Source: a virus (lineage: Duplodnaviria > Caudoviricetes). From it: 44,120 nucleotides of DNA. The translations under genes and the position numbers were made by a program. The stretch spans positions 1-44,120 of IMG/VR virus record IMGVR_UViG_3300025732_000079; one strand, 5' to 3'. Positions 18,828 through 27,285 of this stretch are shown piece by piece. The notes under the pieces were generated by a model, which was not told where the DNA came from, searched no databases, and saw nothing but the letters and a program-made list of their open reading frames with translations. Numbering within the stretch: position 1 is the stretch's first letter; every line of letters starts with the position of its first letter.

Positions 18828-19480
18828 TCTGGTACAAGTTCCACCTCGGCGACTACATCACCCATACCCTGCACCTGTCCGATGCAGAGGACTTGGCCTA
18901 CCGTCGGCTGCTCGACCTGTACTACATGTCCGAGAAGCCTATCCCACTTGAAACCGATTCGGTATCGCGCAAGATCAGGCTTGATTTAGACATAACCGAA
19001 TCGGTTTTGGGGGAGTTCTTCGAGAAGACTCCAGATGGGTATCGACACCATCGTTGTGATGAAGAAATAGCACGATATCAGCGCCAGGTCGAGATCAACC
19101 GAACCTCTGGAAAGCGAGGCGGCAGGCCGCTGAAAACCGAATCGGTAACCGAAACGGAACCGAAAGTTAACCCTAAACAGATACAGATACAGAAGAAGAA
19201 TAAATACATATCGTCGGACAAGCCGACTCGGTTCGAGGAGTTCTGGAACACATGGCCACAGTCCAAGCGCAAGGTTGGGAAGGCTGCTGTGCTGACGAAG
19301 TGGCAGAAGCACAACCTGGACGAGGTGGCCGACCGGATCATCGCCAGCGTTGAGGCTCTGAAGTCAACCGAGCAATGGACAACCGGGTACGAGCCCGCAC
19401 CCCTGACCTTCATCAACCAACGGCGCTGGGAAGACCAAAACGAGCCCGTACAGCCGTTTTTTGCCCGGAGGGTAGTGTGA
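18824..19480 (+). CDS. Replication initiator (DUF1376/YdaU-like)
   Basis: WYKFHLGDY..T.HLS..E..AYRRLLDLYY; FEEFW..WP; FINQRRWED; internal iterons. Confidence 0.85.
   Translation: MIWYKFHLGDYITHTLHLSDAEDLAYRRLLDLYYMSEKPIPLETDSVSRKIRLDLDITESVLGEFFEKTPDGYRHHRCDEEIARYQRQVEINRTSGKRGGRPLKTESVTETEPKVNPKQIQIQKKNKYISSDKPTRFEEFWNTWPQSKRKVGKAAVLTKWQKHNLDEVADRIIASVEALKSTEQWTTGYEPAPLTFINQRRWEDQNEPVQPFFARRVV
19133..19212 (+). promoter_or_regulatory. Probable replication origin: AACCGAA iterons plus A-rich tract
   Basis: AACCGAATCGGT-AACCGAAACGG-AACCGAAAGTT then ACAGAT repeats and an A-rich run inside the initiator gene. Confidence 0.65.
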
Positions 19481-19899
19481 CCCCCATCGAGAACTTTTTA
19501 TCGCGCCTAGAGGCCGTTAAAGGCCGTTCTGGGGCATTCACGGCCCGCTGCCCCGCCCACAACGATCGCGGCCCGAGCCTGGCCATCCGCGAAGCCGACG
19601 ACGGCCGGGTGCTGCTGCACTGCTTTGCCGGGTGTGAAACCGAATCGGTTCTTCACGCTGTTGGCATGGACTTTGAGGACTTGTTCCCGCAGTCCCGGGC
19701 TCCGGTAGAGGGCAAGTCAAGGGTCAAGCCTGCGTTCTACGCCAGCGATTTGATTCGCGTTCTGTCTTTTGAGACACTGGTTGTGAGCATCTGCGCCAGT
19801 GACTTGCGCAAGGGCCAACCTTTGTCCGAAGCCGACCACGAGCGGCTTTTGGTTGCCCAGCAACGCATACAGGAGGTCGCCCACTATGCAGGTCTCTAG
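19477..19899 (+). CDS. Primase-type CHC2 zinc-finger protein
   Basis: GTGA coupling; CPAHND..PSL...LLHCFAGC. Confidence 0.8.
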   Translation: MTPIENFLSRLEAVKGRSGAFTARCPAHNDRGPSLAIREADDGRVLLHCFAGCETESVLHAVGMDFEDLFPQSRAPVEGKSRVKPAFYASDLIRVLSFETLVVSICASDLRKGQPLSEADHERLLVAQQRIQEVAHYAGL

Positions 19900-20887
19900 C
19901 GTTATCGAGCGGGCCAAGGCCATCGATGAAGCCCGCCGGGTGCGGTTGATCCAGCCCGAGGAGGTCGATGTCGAGAAGTACCTCAAGGCGGGCGACCTAA
20001 GCAACAAGGTTCGCGATGTCGGCGGGCTGATTGATGAGTTGCGCCAGGAGTTAGCGCACCCTCAGCGCGACATCACCCAGACGATGCCCTGGCCAAAGAC
20101 GGAGGCCACCTTCCGGTTTCGGCCTGGTGAGGTCACCGTCTACGCAGGCTCCAACGGAGGCGGAAAGTCTCTGATCACCGGGCAGATCGCCCTGAGCCTG
20201 ATCAAGCAGAACCAGAAGGTGTGCATTCAATCCTTCGAGATGAAGCCCCGGCGCACCATCTTGCGGATGCTGCGGCAGTTCTCCGGCGAGAACACCGACG
20301 CGCCCCAACTCAATCGCGTCTCGCAGATGAACCGGCTGCTTGACCGATTCCACAGGTTTGCGGGCGATCACCTTTGGTTATACGACCAGCAGGGAACCGT
20401 GACGACCGCCCAGGTGATTGCGGTGGCCCGATACAGCGCCATCGAATTGGGCGTGTCGCATGTCTTCATTGACTCGCTGATGAAGTGCGTGGCCGGTGAG
20501 GACGACTACAACGCGCAGAAGGCTTTCGTTGACCAGATTACGGCGGTGGCCAGAGACCACAACATCCACATTCACCTGATCCACCACATCAGGAAGTTGC
20601 AGAACGAAGAGTTGCAGCCCAACAAGAACGACCTGAAGGGCACGGGCGCCATCGCAGACCAAGTTGACAATGTTTTGCTGATGTGGCGCAACAAGAAGAA
20701 AGAGCACGACTTCCAGAAGAAGGGCACCACAGACGACAAGATCCCCGACGCGATGTTGATGTGCGAGAAGCAGCGCAACGGCGAGTCCGAGGAGTGGTAC
20801 AGCCTGTGGTACGACCGCGAGTGCCAGCAGTTCAACGAGATGCCTGGCGCAATTCCGATGCAGTTTGATACAGGGGGGTCGTTTTGA
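19886..20887 (+). CDS. DnaB-like (SF4) replicative helicase
   Basis: Walker A GSNGGGKS, SFEM, Walker B VFIDSL, HIHLIHH, KGTGAI, KQRNG. Confidence 0.9.
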   Translation: MQVSSVIERAKAIDEARRVRLIQPEEVDVEKYLKAGDLSNKVRDVGGLIDELRQELAHPQRDITQTMPWPKTEATFRFRPGEVTVYAGSNGGGKSLITGQIALSLIKQNQKVCIQSFEMKPRRTILRMLRQFSGENTDAPQLNRVSQMNRLLDRFHRFAGDHLWLYDQQGTVTTAQVIAVARYSAIELGVSHVFIDSLMKCVAGEDDYNAQKAFVDQITAVARDHNIHIHLIHHIRKLQNEELQPNKNDLKGTGAIADQVDNVLLMWRNKKKEHDFQKKGTTDDKIPDAMLMCEKQRNGESEEWYSLWYDRECQQFNEMPGAIPMQFDTGGSF

Positions 20888-21120
20888 ATGGAGAAGGACA
20901 AGGAGATGACGAGCATCGCCACCGTTGTCTCGTTCGATGGGTCATCAAAAAGCGAATTGAAGATCGTGATGCTGCATACCGATTCCTCTACGGCTACCGT
21001 GACGGAACTGGTAAAGATCACAAGGGCTGGAACAGATTACATCCGGGCTCACGGCTGGAACAAGATGTTAGAGAACAGTGGGCTAAAGGAAATCGTGGAG
21101 CAAAAGGGGATTGGAAATGA
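20884..21120 (+). CDS. Hypothetical protein
   Basis: HRHRCLVRW...DVREQWAKGNRG; overlaps both neighbours. Confidence 0.65.
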   Translation: MNGEGQGDDEHRHRCLVRWVIKKRIEDRDAAYRFLYGYRDGTGKDHKGWNRLHPGSRLEQDVREQWAKGNRGAKGDWK

Positions 21121-21404
21121 GTAAGGGCGAATTGACTGACTTCCAAAAGCGTTTCTTGTTGGGCTCTCAGGGTCAGACCCTGTACACCCAGAAGGAGTTC
21201 GAGGAGGCGCTGTCTCAGGCCAAGGCCGAGATCATGGCTGTGGCCATCCAGACCACTAAGCAGGCCATCTTCATCGAGAGGCAGGCTTGTGCGGAGATCG
21301 CGTTCGAGCATGAGGCCAAGTTGGCTGGCAAGCAAGACGACCCTGACTTCGTTTCGCCGTTGGCCAACGAAATCCTTAACCGCATACCGAGTCAGCGGCA
21401 GTGA
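21117..21404 (+). CDS. Hypothetical protein
   Basis: ATGA coupling; ERQACAEIA motif common in small phage proteins. Confidence 0.7.
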   Translation: MSKGELTDFQKRFLLGSQGQTLYTQKEFEEALSQAKAEIMAVAIQTTKQAIFIERQACAEIAFEHEAKLAGKQDDPDFVSPLANEILNRIPSQRQ

Positions 21405-21745
21405 TCGAGTTGACGCTGCCGTGGCCACCAAGTGTGAACCGGTACTGGAGAACCTTCCAAGGCCGAATGATCATCAGCGCAGAGGGTCGCTCTTACCGCA
21501 AGGCTGTGGCCGATCAGGTGCTGATTCAGAGGGGAGCAAAACACTACGCCGGAAAGATGAGGGTCGAGATCGAGGCTTGGCGGCCGGACAACCGCCGTCG
21601 CGATCTAGACAACCTTCTGAAGGCTGCGCTGGATGCCTGCACTCACGCAGGTGTATGGGAGGACGACTCCAACATTGTTGACCTCCGCATCTATTGGGCC
21701 GAGCACATCGGCGGAATGTTGAAAGTGAAAGTGAGCGAAGCATGA
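21401..21745 (+). CDS. rusA: RusA Holliday-junction resolvase
   Basis: LPWPPSVNRYWR; PDNRRRDLDNLLKAALD; WEDDS. Confidence 0.92.
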   Translation: MIELTLPWPPSVNRYWRTFQGRMIISAEGRSYRKAVADQVLIQRGAKHYAGKMRVEIEAWRPDNRRRDLDNLLKAALDACTHAGVWEDDSNIVDLRIYWAEHIGGMLKVKVSEA

Positions 21746-22638
21746 AAGAACCATTGGACTATTTGAGAAAAGCGATTCCTGCCTTGGCCAAGTTGCACAA
21801 GGAGTTGGAGAAGAAGGAGCCGGAATACGTCAAGCACTGCCGCGATGTACTGCAAGCAGCCCGCAAGGCTGTGAAGTTTGTGATGCCGCCGAATGGCCAG
21901 ATTTTTGACTCCGAACTGGCTGGTCTACCTGACGTCGTCAAGTTGCCTTACAGCAGTATCGTCGTTGAGTACGAGTGCCCGAACCCGGGAGGCATGGCGA
22001 GTTCTGTATTCGGTGTGGACAAAACCGAGCCAGCCCGCAAGCGCATCGTGTACGCAGAGCAGGTTGAGAACAACATCTATGTGGCCTCCATCGTTGCGTT
22101 TCAGAGTTACGGCGTAGACCATTGGCAAGTACAGCCATACATCTCGATCATGGTGCCCAAGGCAGATGTGCCTGATGACTCTGTGGTTGATGACATGCCC
22201 GAGTTGTCCGGCAAGAAGTTGGTTGACCAAGTTCGTGTGCAGTTCATAGACATCGGCGGCGTTGCAGAAAAAAGATTTGGCAAGGACTGGGAGCGGCACG
22301 CCTACGTTGACATGGTTGATGAAGAGGGTGTGGTGCTGTCCTTGATCGAGGCGCTGACTTGCCGCAACGTCAGCCTCGAAGCGTTGCCCGTCAAAAAGAA
22401 CAAGGGCGCTCAGATGCGCGGTGCTCTGCCGTATGACGAGTACCACACGCTAGTTGTCAACGCGAGGTCTAGGTCATCAGGGTCTGGAGAAGACCAAGGC
22501 ACGCACAGGTCGCCGCGTGAGCACCTGCGTCGTGGCCACATCAGGCGGCTGCCAACCGGCAACGTATGGGTTAACTCGACCATCGTCAATCCGGGCAACC
22601 ACGGCAAAGTTTACAAGTCCTATGAGGTGGCGGCATGA
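21742..22638 (+). CDS. Hypothetical protein with SPREHLRRGH motif
   Basis: 298 aa, ATGA coupling at both ends. Confidence 0.8.
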   Translation: MKEPLDYLRKAIPALAKLHKELEKKEPEYVKHCRDVLQAARKAVKFVMPPNGQIFDSELAGLPDVVKLPYSSIVVEYECPNPGGMASSVFGVDKTEPARKRIVYAEQVENNIYVASIVAFQSYGVDHWQVQPYISIMVPKADVPDDSVVDDMPELSGKKLVDQVRVQFIDIGGVAEKRFGKDWERHAYVDMVDEEGVVLSLIEALTCRNVSLEALPVKKNKGAQMRGALPYDEYHTLVVNARSRSSGSGEDQGTHRSPREHLRRGHIRRLPTGNVWVNSTIVNPGNHGKVYKSYEVAA

Positions 22639-22805
22639 AAGAGGAACCGGAGTTGATCGACATCTTTGCGATGTTTGCCCTAACGGCGCTGATCCAAGGG
22701 TTTAGGGGCGAGAGCCCGCAAAGCGCAGCGGAGTCGGCATACGAGTACGCAGCGGAAATGATGAAGGCAAGAAAGTTCTACAGCGAAGGGAAAAGCGATG
22801 AGTGA
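22635..22805 (+). CDS. Hypothetical small protein (56 aa)
   Basis: Not in ORF track; DIFAMFAL...AESAYEYAAEMMKAR; coupled on both sides. Confidence 0.75.
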   Translation: MKEEPELIDIFAMFALTALIQGFRGESPQSAAESAYEYAAEMMKARKFYSEGKSDE

Positions 22806-23304
22806 GCAATTCGACATGTTTGAAGACGGGGGCATGTTCCTCGCAAAGTTGCGCAGGAACTGGAGAGATGCGGTTGAAAAAAAGGGTGCGATCTGTCCAT
22901 GCTGCGATCGTAAAGGCAAGGTTTACAGGATCAAACTCAACCACACCTACGCGCTGAGTGTGTTGTGGATCTTCAAGAACGGCGGAAACGACGGCTGGGT
23001 GGATGTGCAGAACAGGGCCCCGAGGTGGATGCTCAAGGGCAAGAACTACGGCATGTTGGCCCACTGGGGGTTTCTGGAGTCGAAGTCGCACAGGTCTGGC
23101 ATCTGGCGTGTGACGCAGATGGCAAAAGACTGGATCGCGGGGAACATCGGCGCAAGCGAATCGATCTACATCTACGACAACAAACTATGGGGCGCGTCCG
23201 ATGAAGAGACATCCTTCCGATCCTGCATTCGGAAGTATTTTGACTTCGATGAGGTGATGTCTAGCCAATTCAACTGGGCCAACATCAAGAGGAAGCAAGC
23301 ATGA
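22798..23304 (+). CDS. Hypothetical protein with CPCC motif, possible winged helix
   Basis: 168 aa; CPCCDR; LAHWGFLE...GIWRVT. Confidence 0.75.
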   Translation: MSEQFDMFEDGGMFLAKLRRNWRDAVEKKGAICPCCDRKGKVYRIKLNHTYALSVLWIFKNGGNDGWVDVQNRAPRWMLKGKNYGMLAHWGFLESKSHRSGIWRVTQMAKDWIAGNIGASESIYIYDNKLWGASDEETSFRSCIRKYFDFDEVMSSQFNWANIKRKQA

Positions 23305-23600
23305 GTGAATTGCGAAAAGCAGCACAGCAGGCGATTGAAGCCATAGGGACGATCAGAAAACTGATCAACATGCACGGCGAGTTTTGGTTAGTAGATTCAC
23401 TCAAGTGCCACGAAGCCGCAGACGCCCTGCGCAGGGCTCTTGCGGAGCCAGAGGTCATTGCGGACAAGCGCAAGCCGCTCACAGACGCAGAGATCAGTGC
23501 GCTAGACAACCTGCCTTCGTACCCGTCGGATGCTGAGGTGATGAAGTTCGCCCGGCGCATTGAGCGTGCTCATGGGATAGGAATCAACGATGAACTGTGA
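23301..23600 (+). CDS. Hypothetical accessory protein
   Basis: ATGA coupling; paralogous with 23684..24118. Confidence 0.75.
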   Translation: MSELRKAAQQAIEAIGTIRKLINMHGEFWLVDSLKCHEAADALRRALAEPEVIADKRKPLTDAEISALDNLPSYPSDAEVMKFARRIERAHGIGINDEL

Positions 23601-23670
23601 ATACATCTGGTACGGATTGGCGGCTGGCCTCTTGAGCAGTTTGGTGTTTGGGTTTATTTCGGCATGGTAG
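23590..23670 (+). CDS. Possible 26-aa membrane peptide
   Basis: MNCEYIWYGLAAGLLSSLVFGFISAW; AGGA upstream; fills a gap. Confidence 0.45.
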   Translation: MNCEYIWYGLAAGLLSSLVFGFISAW

Positions 23671-23683
23671 AAGGATCGCAAAC

Positions 23684-24118
23684 ATGACTAACCTACGACA
23701 AGCCGCGCAACAGGCGCTTGAGGCGTTGGTGCTGTGGGAAGACGAAGCACCACATGCGTGGAGTAAGGCTGATGAGGAGGCTGTTGCCGCCCTCCGCGCA
23801 GCCCTTGCCGAGCCTGAGCAGGAGCCGGTTGGTCATGCAGACCTTGGCATCAACAACATCTATATCTTCAGCGCATTGGAACCTCGCGTAATTCCTGTTG
23901 GCAGGACGCCCCTCTACACCGCACCCGCCCCGCGCAAGCCTCTGCCAGAGGAGGAGATCGTCAGACTGATGGTTGGTGAGGATCGCGTCCAACTCTTGTA
24001 TGCGAAGCCTGATGACCCTTACTTCTCAGAGTTCGCTCAAGGCGCGATACGGGAGTTGGTTGAATCAGGCCGCGCCATAGAGAGAGCGCATGGCATAGGA
24101 GAGCAGCATGGATCGTGA
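23684..24118 (+). CDS. Hypothetical accessory protein
   Basis: AAGGA RBS; AEPEQEPV...PLYTAP...IERAHGI. Confidence 0.75.
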   Translation: MTNLRQAAQQALEALVLWEDEAPHAWSKADEEAVAALRAALAEPEQEPVGHADLGINNIYIFSALEPRVIPVGRTPLYTAPAPRKPLPEEEIVRLMVGEDRVQLLYAKPDDPYFSEFAQGAIRELVESGRAIERAHGIGEQHGS

Positions 24119-24329
24119 CACCATCATCCGACTGGCGCGGGAGGCGGGGCTGAAGTTGTTTAACGAAGGGTGGACATCCTCAGATAACGGAGACGCCGTA
24201 GCCGAAGAAAGCCTTGAACGCTTCGCCGCCCTTGTCGCCGCGCATGAGCGGGAACGCATCTGTAAACAGATCGCCATGCTGCATGACTCACTGTCTTTGA
24301 CTGGAACCGCCAACTGGGGCAGGACATGA
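24108..24329 (+). CDS. Hypothetical accessory protein
   Basis: AGGAG RBS; IIRLAREAG...LERFAALVAAHERE. Confidence 0.75.
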   Translation: MDRDTIIRLAREAGLKLFNEGWTSSDNGDAVAEESLERFAALVAAHERERICKQIAMLHDSLSLTGTANWGRT

Positions 24330-24652
24330 ACGATCTGCATCTCAAAATTAAAGAGGCGCGTACATCAAGTGTTTACAAGACCCAGAAGGCTTTGGCTGAA
24401 CAATTGAATGTGTCGCCGGGGGCCATCAGCCAGTGGGAGTCAGAAGACCCCGCCATGCGGACGGTTCCTGACTTGAAAAAGTTGGTTGCCCTAGCGGAAG
24501 CAACTGGCAAACCTATTGGATGGTTTTTCGGTGAAGACCCCGCCAAGGCCGAGCGCAAGCGAATTGTTGACATGTTGCTGGACATGCATGCCCAGGAAGA
24601 GAGGCACAACTACTTCCTCTTCATAAGCAACATCATCAAGGAGTCGGCATGA
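24326..24652 (+). CDS. XRE-family HTH regulator
   Basis: TQKALAEQLNVSPGAISQWE...PDLKKLVALAE. Confidence 0.85.
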   Translation: MNDLHLKIKEARTSSVYKTQKALAEQLNVSPGAISQWESEDPAMRTVPDLKKLVALAEATGKPIGWFFGEDPAKAERKRIVDMLLDMHAQEERHNYFLFISNIIKESA

Positions 24653-24882
24653 CTGCGCTGACACAGGCAACCCTAGAGAACGCGCTCATAGATGTGTGGA
24701 GCATGGTCAAGGGCAATTGCATCGCGCTCAAGCCCAACAGACTGATCGTTCCTCCAGTCATGTACCGAACACTGATGTGGCGTCCCGCGCTACACAAAGC
24801 GCGTGGTGTGCGAGGAAGAAAGCAGGCGATGAAGCGCAGGGCTGTGTCTAAATTGTCTATTTTGCTCAGGAGCAGAACATGA
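24649..24882 (+). CDS. Hypothetical protein
   Basis: AAGGAG RBS; ATGA coupling both ends. Confidence 0.65.
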   Translation: MTALTQATLENALIDVWSMVKGNCIALKPNRLIVPPVMYRTLMWRPALHKARGVRGRKQAMKRRAVSKLSILLRSRT

Positions 24883-25208
24883 GTGATAGAGACCCACACA
24901 AGGCTGTTGACTACATCATCGATAACGCAAAGCACTTCGCTAAAGCGAAAGCCGAGCGCGTATACATCGAGGAATATCGCAAGTCACTCAAGGCCTTGTT
25001 GATGAAGCGTTCTATGGAGTCTGCTATCGGCGCTCAGGAGCGAGAGGCGTATGCCCACGAGGAGTACATCGAGTTGCTCAAGGGGCTGAAGCAGGCCGTG
25101 GAAGTCGAAGAGAAGTTGCGGTGGGACTTGATCGCTGCGCAGGCCCGTGTTGAGGTCTGGCGCACTGAGCAAGCAAACAACCGCGCCGAAGGTAAGGCAA
25201 CACTTTAA
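24879..25208 (+). CDS. Hypothetical helical protein
   Basis: AGGAG RBS; AQEREAYAH...WRTEQAN. Confidence 0.8.
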   Translation: MSDRDPHKAVDYIIDNAKHFAKAKAERVYIEEYRKSLKALLMKRSMESAIGAQEREAYAHEEYIELLKGLKQAVEVEEKLRWDLIAAQARVEVWRTEQANNRAEGKATL

Positions 25209-25217
25209 GGAGTCGTC

Positions 25218-25433
25218 ATGGTTGCGAAAATCGGGAAGAAGAAATTGGTACTGATCGCCGACATGGAGCCGGTGTCTAGGAGCGAGACCTTCACCGCCCC
25301 CTGGGGCAAGGTGTGGACGCACGGCTCCGATGTGATGGCCACATGGAAGCGATTCGGTTTCAAGCCGCCATCAGAGTACCGAAACGACTATCGATTCAAG
25401 ATCAACCGCGAAGGGGGTGTTGTCAATGATTGA
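25218..25433 (+). CDS. Hypothetical protein
   Basis: AAGGAG RBS; DVMATWKRFGFKPPSE. Confidence 0.7.
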   Translation: MVAKIGKKKLVLIADMEPVSRSETFTAPWGKVWTHGSDVMATWKRFGFKPPSEYRNDYRFKINREGGVVND

Positions 25434-25632
25434 TGATCCTGAAGAGGAGGCCTGGCTTGAACTGGAGCGCCGCCTGCAAGTCAAGCCAGCGAAAGTTAGG
25501 GGCGTCGAGGAAGCGTTTGCGGACTGGGCGCACAGCCACCGGCCTGACCTGTACTGGGTTGAGATGAAGGCCTTCAAGGCGGGTTGGGTTGCGGCCATGC
25601 GCAACGAATGGGCAAAGGAGCGCAACGATTGA
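25426..25632 (+). CDS. Hypothetical protein
   Basis: DPEEEAWLELERR; overlaps neighbours. Confidence 0.65.
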   Translation: MIDDPEEEAWLELERRLQVKPAKVRGVEEAFADWAHSHRPDLYWVEMKAFKAGWVAAMRNEWAKERND

Positions 25633-25817
25633 AATGCCCAGCATGCGGGGCGCCCACTGAAGTACGCGATACAAGGGTCAAACGCACCAACACCATCACT
25701 AGGCGCAGGCTGTGTTTCAACATGCATGCGTTCAATACCCTGGAGTCGGTGATCAGTCAACCAAAGGTCAAGCGTGACAACAAAAGCCGAAAAGAAGCAC
25801 ATGGATCAGGTGGCTGA
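25629..25817 (+). CDS. Zn-ribbon protein (NrdR-N/Ogr-like)
   Basis: AAGGAG then TTG; KCPACG..TEVRDTR...RRRLCFNMH.F.T.E. Confidence 0.75.
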   Translation: MKCPACGAPTEVRDTRVKRTNTITRRRLCFNMHAFNTLESVISQPKVKRDNKSRKEAHGSGG

Positions 25818-26070
25818 CCTGGGGTGCGCCGTCTGTCGCAGGATGGGCTACCCCGGGACGCCAGCAGAACTACACCATCCAAGGGCCGGAACGGGGGCTG
25901 GAAGACGCGCAAGCCACATGGATGTCATCCCACTATGCCCGAGGCACCACAGAGGCTCTGACGGCCTCCACGGCCTTGGGACGAAGGGGTTCCCAAAGCA
26001 TTGGGGGTTCACCGAGGCCGACCTGCTGGAGGACACCCGCCGCCTGCTTGGCAAAAACCCCACAGATTAG
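25774..26070 (+). CDS. Ref-like HNH nuclease
   Basis: LGCAVC...AELHHPR.G.G...VIPLCPRHH. Confidence 0.8.
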   Translation: MTTKAEKKHMDQVADLGCAVCRRMGYPGTPAELHHPRAGTGAGRRASHMDVIPLCPRHHRGSDGLHGLGTKGFPKHWGFTEADLLEDTRRLLGKNPTD

Positions 26071-26082
26071 TGGGATAAGGGG

Positions 26083-26110
26083 TTGACATGATGTAACTTC
26101 AGATTAAACT
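26083..26110 (+). promoter_or_regulatory. Early sigma70 promoter 1
   Basis: TTGACA-16-TAAACT before AGCGAA-flanked RBS. Confidence 0.65.
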
Positions 26111-26163
26111 AGCACCCATCGACACAGCAATTCCGCACAGTCGAGACAGCGAAGGAAAGCGAA

Positions 26164-26451
26164 ATGGAACTCACCTCTACCAGCAGCATCGATCGCGCCG
26201 GTCAACTCAAGGCTCAGATCGCCGAGTTGAAGAAGGAATTCGACTCGATCACCGATGCGGTCAAGGACGCCGCCAGCCTGTCGGGTCAGAAGCACTTCGA
26301 GGGCGAACTCTTCAAGGCCACCTACATCGAGTCCAACCGTTCCACGGTTGACTACAAGGCCCTGTGCGCCGACCTGGGCATCACGCCCGAGCAGATCGCC
26401 AAGTACACCAAGACCGAAGCGGTGTTCACCGTCAAGGTCACCGGCCGTTGA
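26164..26451 (+). CDS. Hypothetical early protein
   Basis: AAGGA RBS; strong codon bias. Confidence 0.8.
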   Translation: MELTSTSSIDRAGQLKAQIAELKKEFDSITDAVKDAASLSGQKHFEGELFKATYIESNRSTVDYKALCADLGITPEQIAKYTKTEAVFTVKVTGR

Positions 26452-26463
26452 TCAGGGGGCAAC

Positions 26464-26688
26464 ATGAAATCCTTGTACGACAAAGCCTACGCAGAGTATT
26501 GCAACCTGCCCGAGGTGAGGGTCGATGCCCTCGATATGCCCGAAGACATCAGCCATATGGTCTACCGCGCCCAGCATGAGATTGACCTAGTCGAGGAAGG
26601 CGAGAGGGGCGACGGCGACGACTACATACCCTCACGCGCCGACCTAAACAAGATCAAACGCTTCATCAAGAAGTGGTCTGGTAAGTAA
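26464..26688 (+). CDS. Hypothetical early protein
   Basis: AGGGGG RBS; 74 aa. Confidence 0.7.
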   Translation: MKSLYDKAYAEYCNLPEVRVDALDMPEDISHMVYRAQHEIDLVEEGERGDGDDYIPSRADLNKIKRFIKKWSGK

Positions 26689-26733
26689 CCCAACCGGGGG
26701 CTTCGGCCCCCACCTAAAGCGAAGGACAGAGAA

Positions 26734-26913
26734 ATGGACAACTTAACCGCAACCGGCATCGTCGAGGGCTTCATCGAAGCCGACTCCGAGGATCAAGTCA
26801 TCGAGGCTTGGCAGCACCTCATCGACACCGGGCTGGCCTGGCGTCTTCAGGGCTGGTTTGGCCGCATGGCCCAGCGCCTGATCGAAGAGGGTTTTTGTTT
26901 GGAGGCCGCATGA
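26734..26913 (+). CDS. Hypothetical early protein (59 aa)
   Basis: Not in ORF track; AAGGA RBS; AWQHLIDTGLAWRLQGWFGRMA. Confidence 0.8.
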   Translation: MDNLTATGIVEGFIEADSEDQVIEAWQHLIDTGLAWRLQGWFGRMAQRLIEEGFCLEAA

Positions 26914-27089
26914 GCATCACCAGTTCAAAAACGATTAACGGCATGACGGCGGAAGCGATGTGGCATCTTGCCTGCGTGCTGATGAACATCATAGACGAAG
27001 AGGGAACCAGCGCAGACGACATCGATCATTTGATGCAAGCCATGCACGCGCTGTCGTTGTCTTACTTGCGCGACCGACAAATTCTTTGA
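26910..27089 (+). CDS. Hypothetical protein
   Basis: GGAGG RBS; ATGA coupling. Confidence 0.7.
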   Translation: MSITSSKTINGMTAEAMWHLACVLMNIIDEEGTSADDIDHLMQAMHALSLSYLRDRQIL

Positions 27090-27099
27090 GGAGACCGCC

Positions 27100-27285
27100 A
27101 TGTTCGACCCCAACAACAAGGACGACCTGGCGTACATCGCCGGGTTCAGCGACGGCGTGAAGTTTGTTCTGGGGGAGATCGAGCACTACATCGAGCGCCG
27201 GTCTCAAGAGCCCCGCATCACTAAACCCGTCGAAGCACTCTTGCGCCACTTGAAAGGTGAACTGGGTGAAAAGAGCATTCGGTGA
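27100..27285 (+). CDS. Hypothetical protein
   Basis: GAGGAG RBS; AYIAGFSDG. Confidence 0.7.
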   Translation: MFDPNNKDDLAYIAGFSDGVKFVLGEIEHYIERRSQEPRITKPVEALLRHLKGELGEKSIR

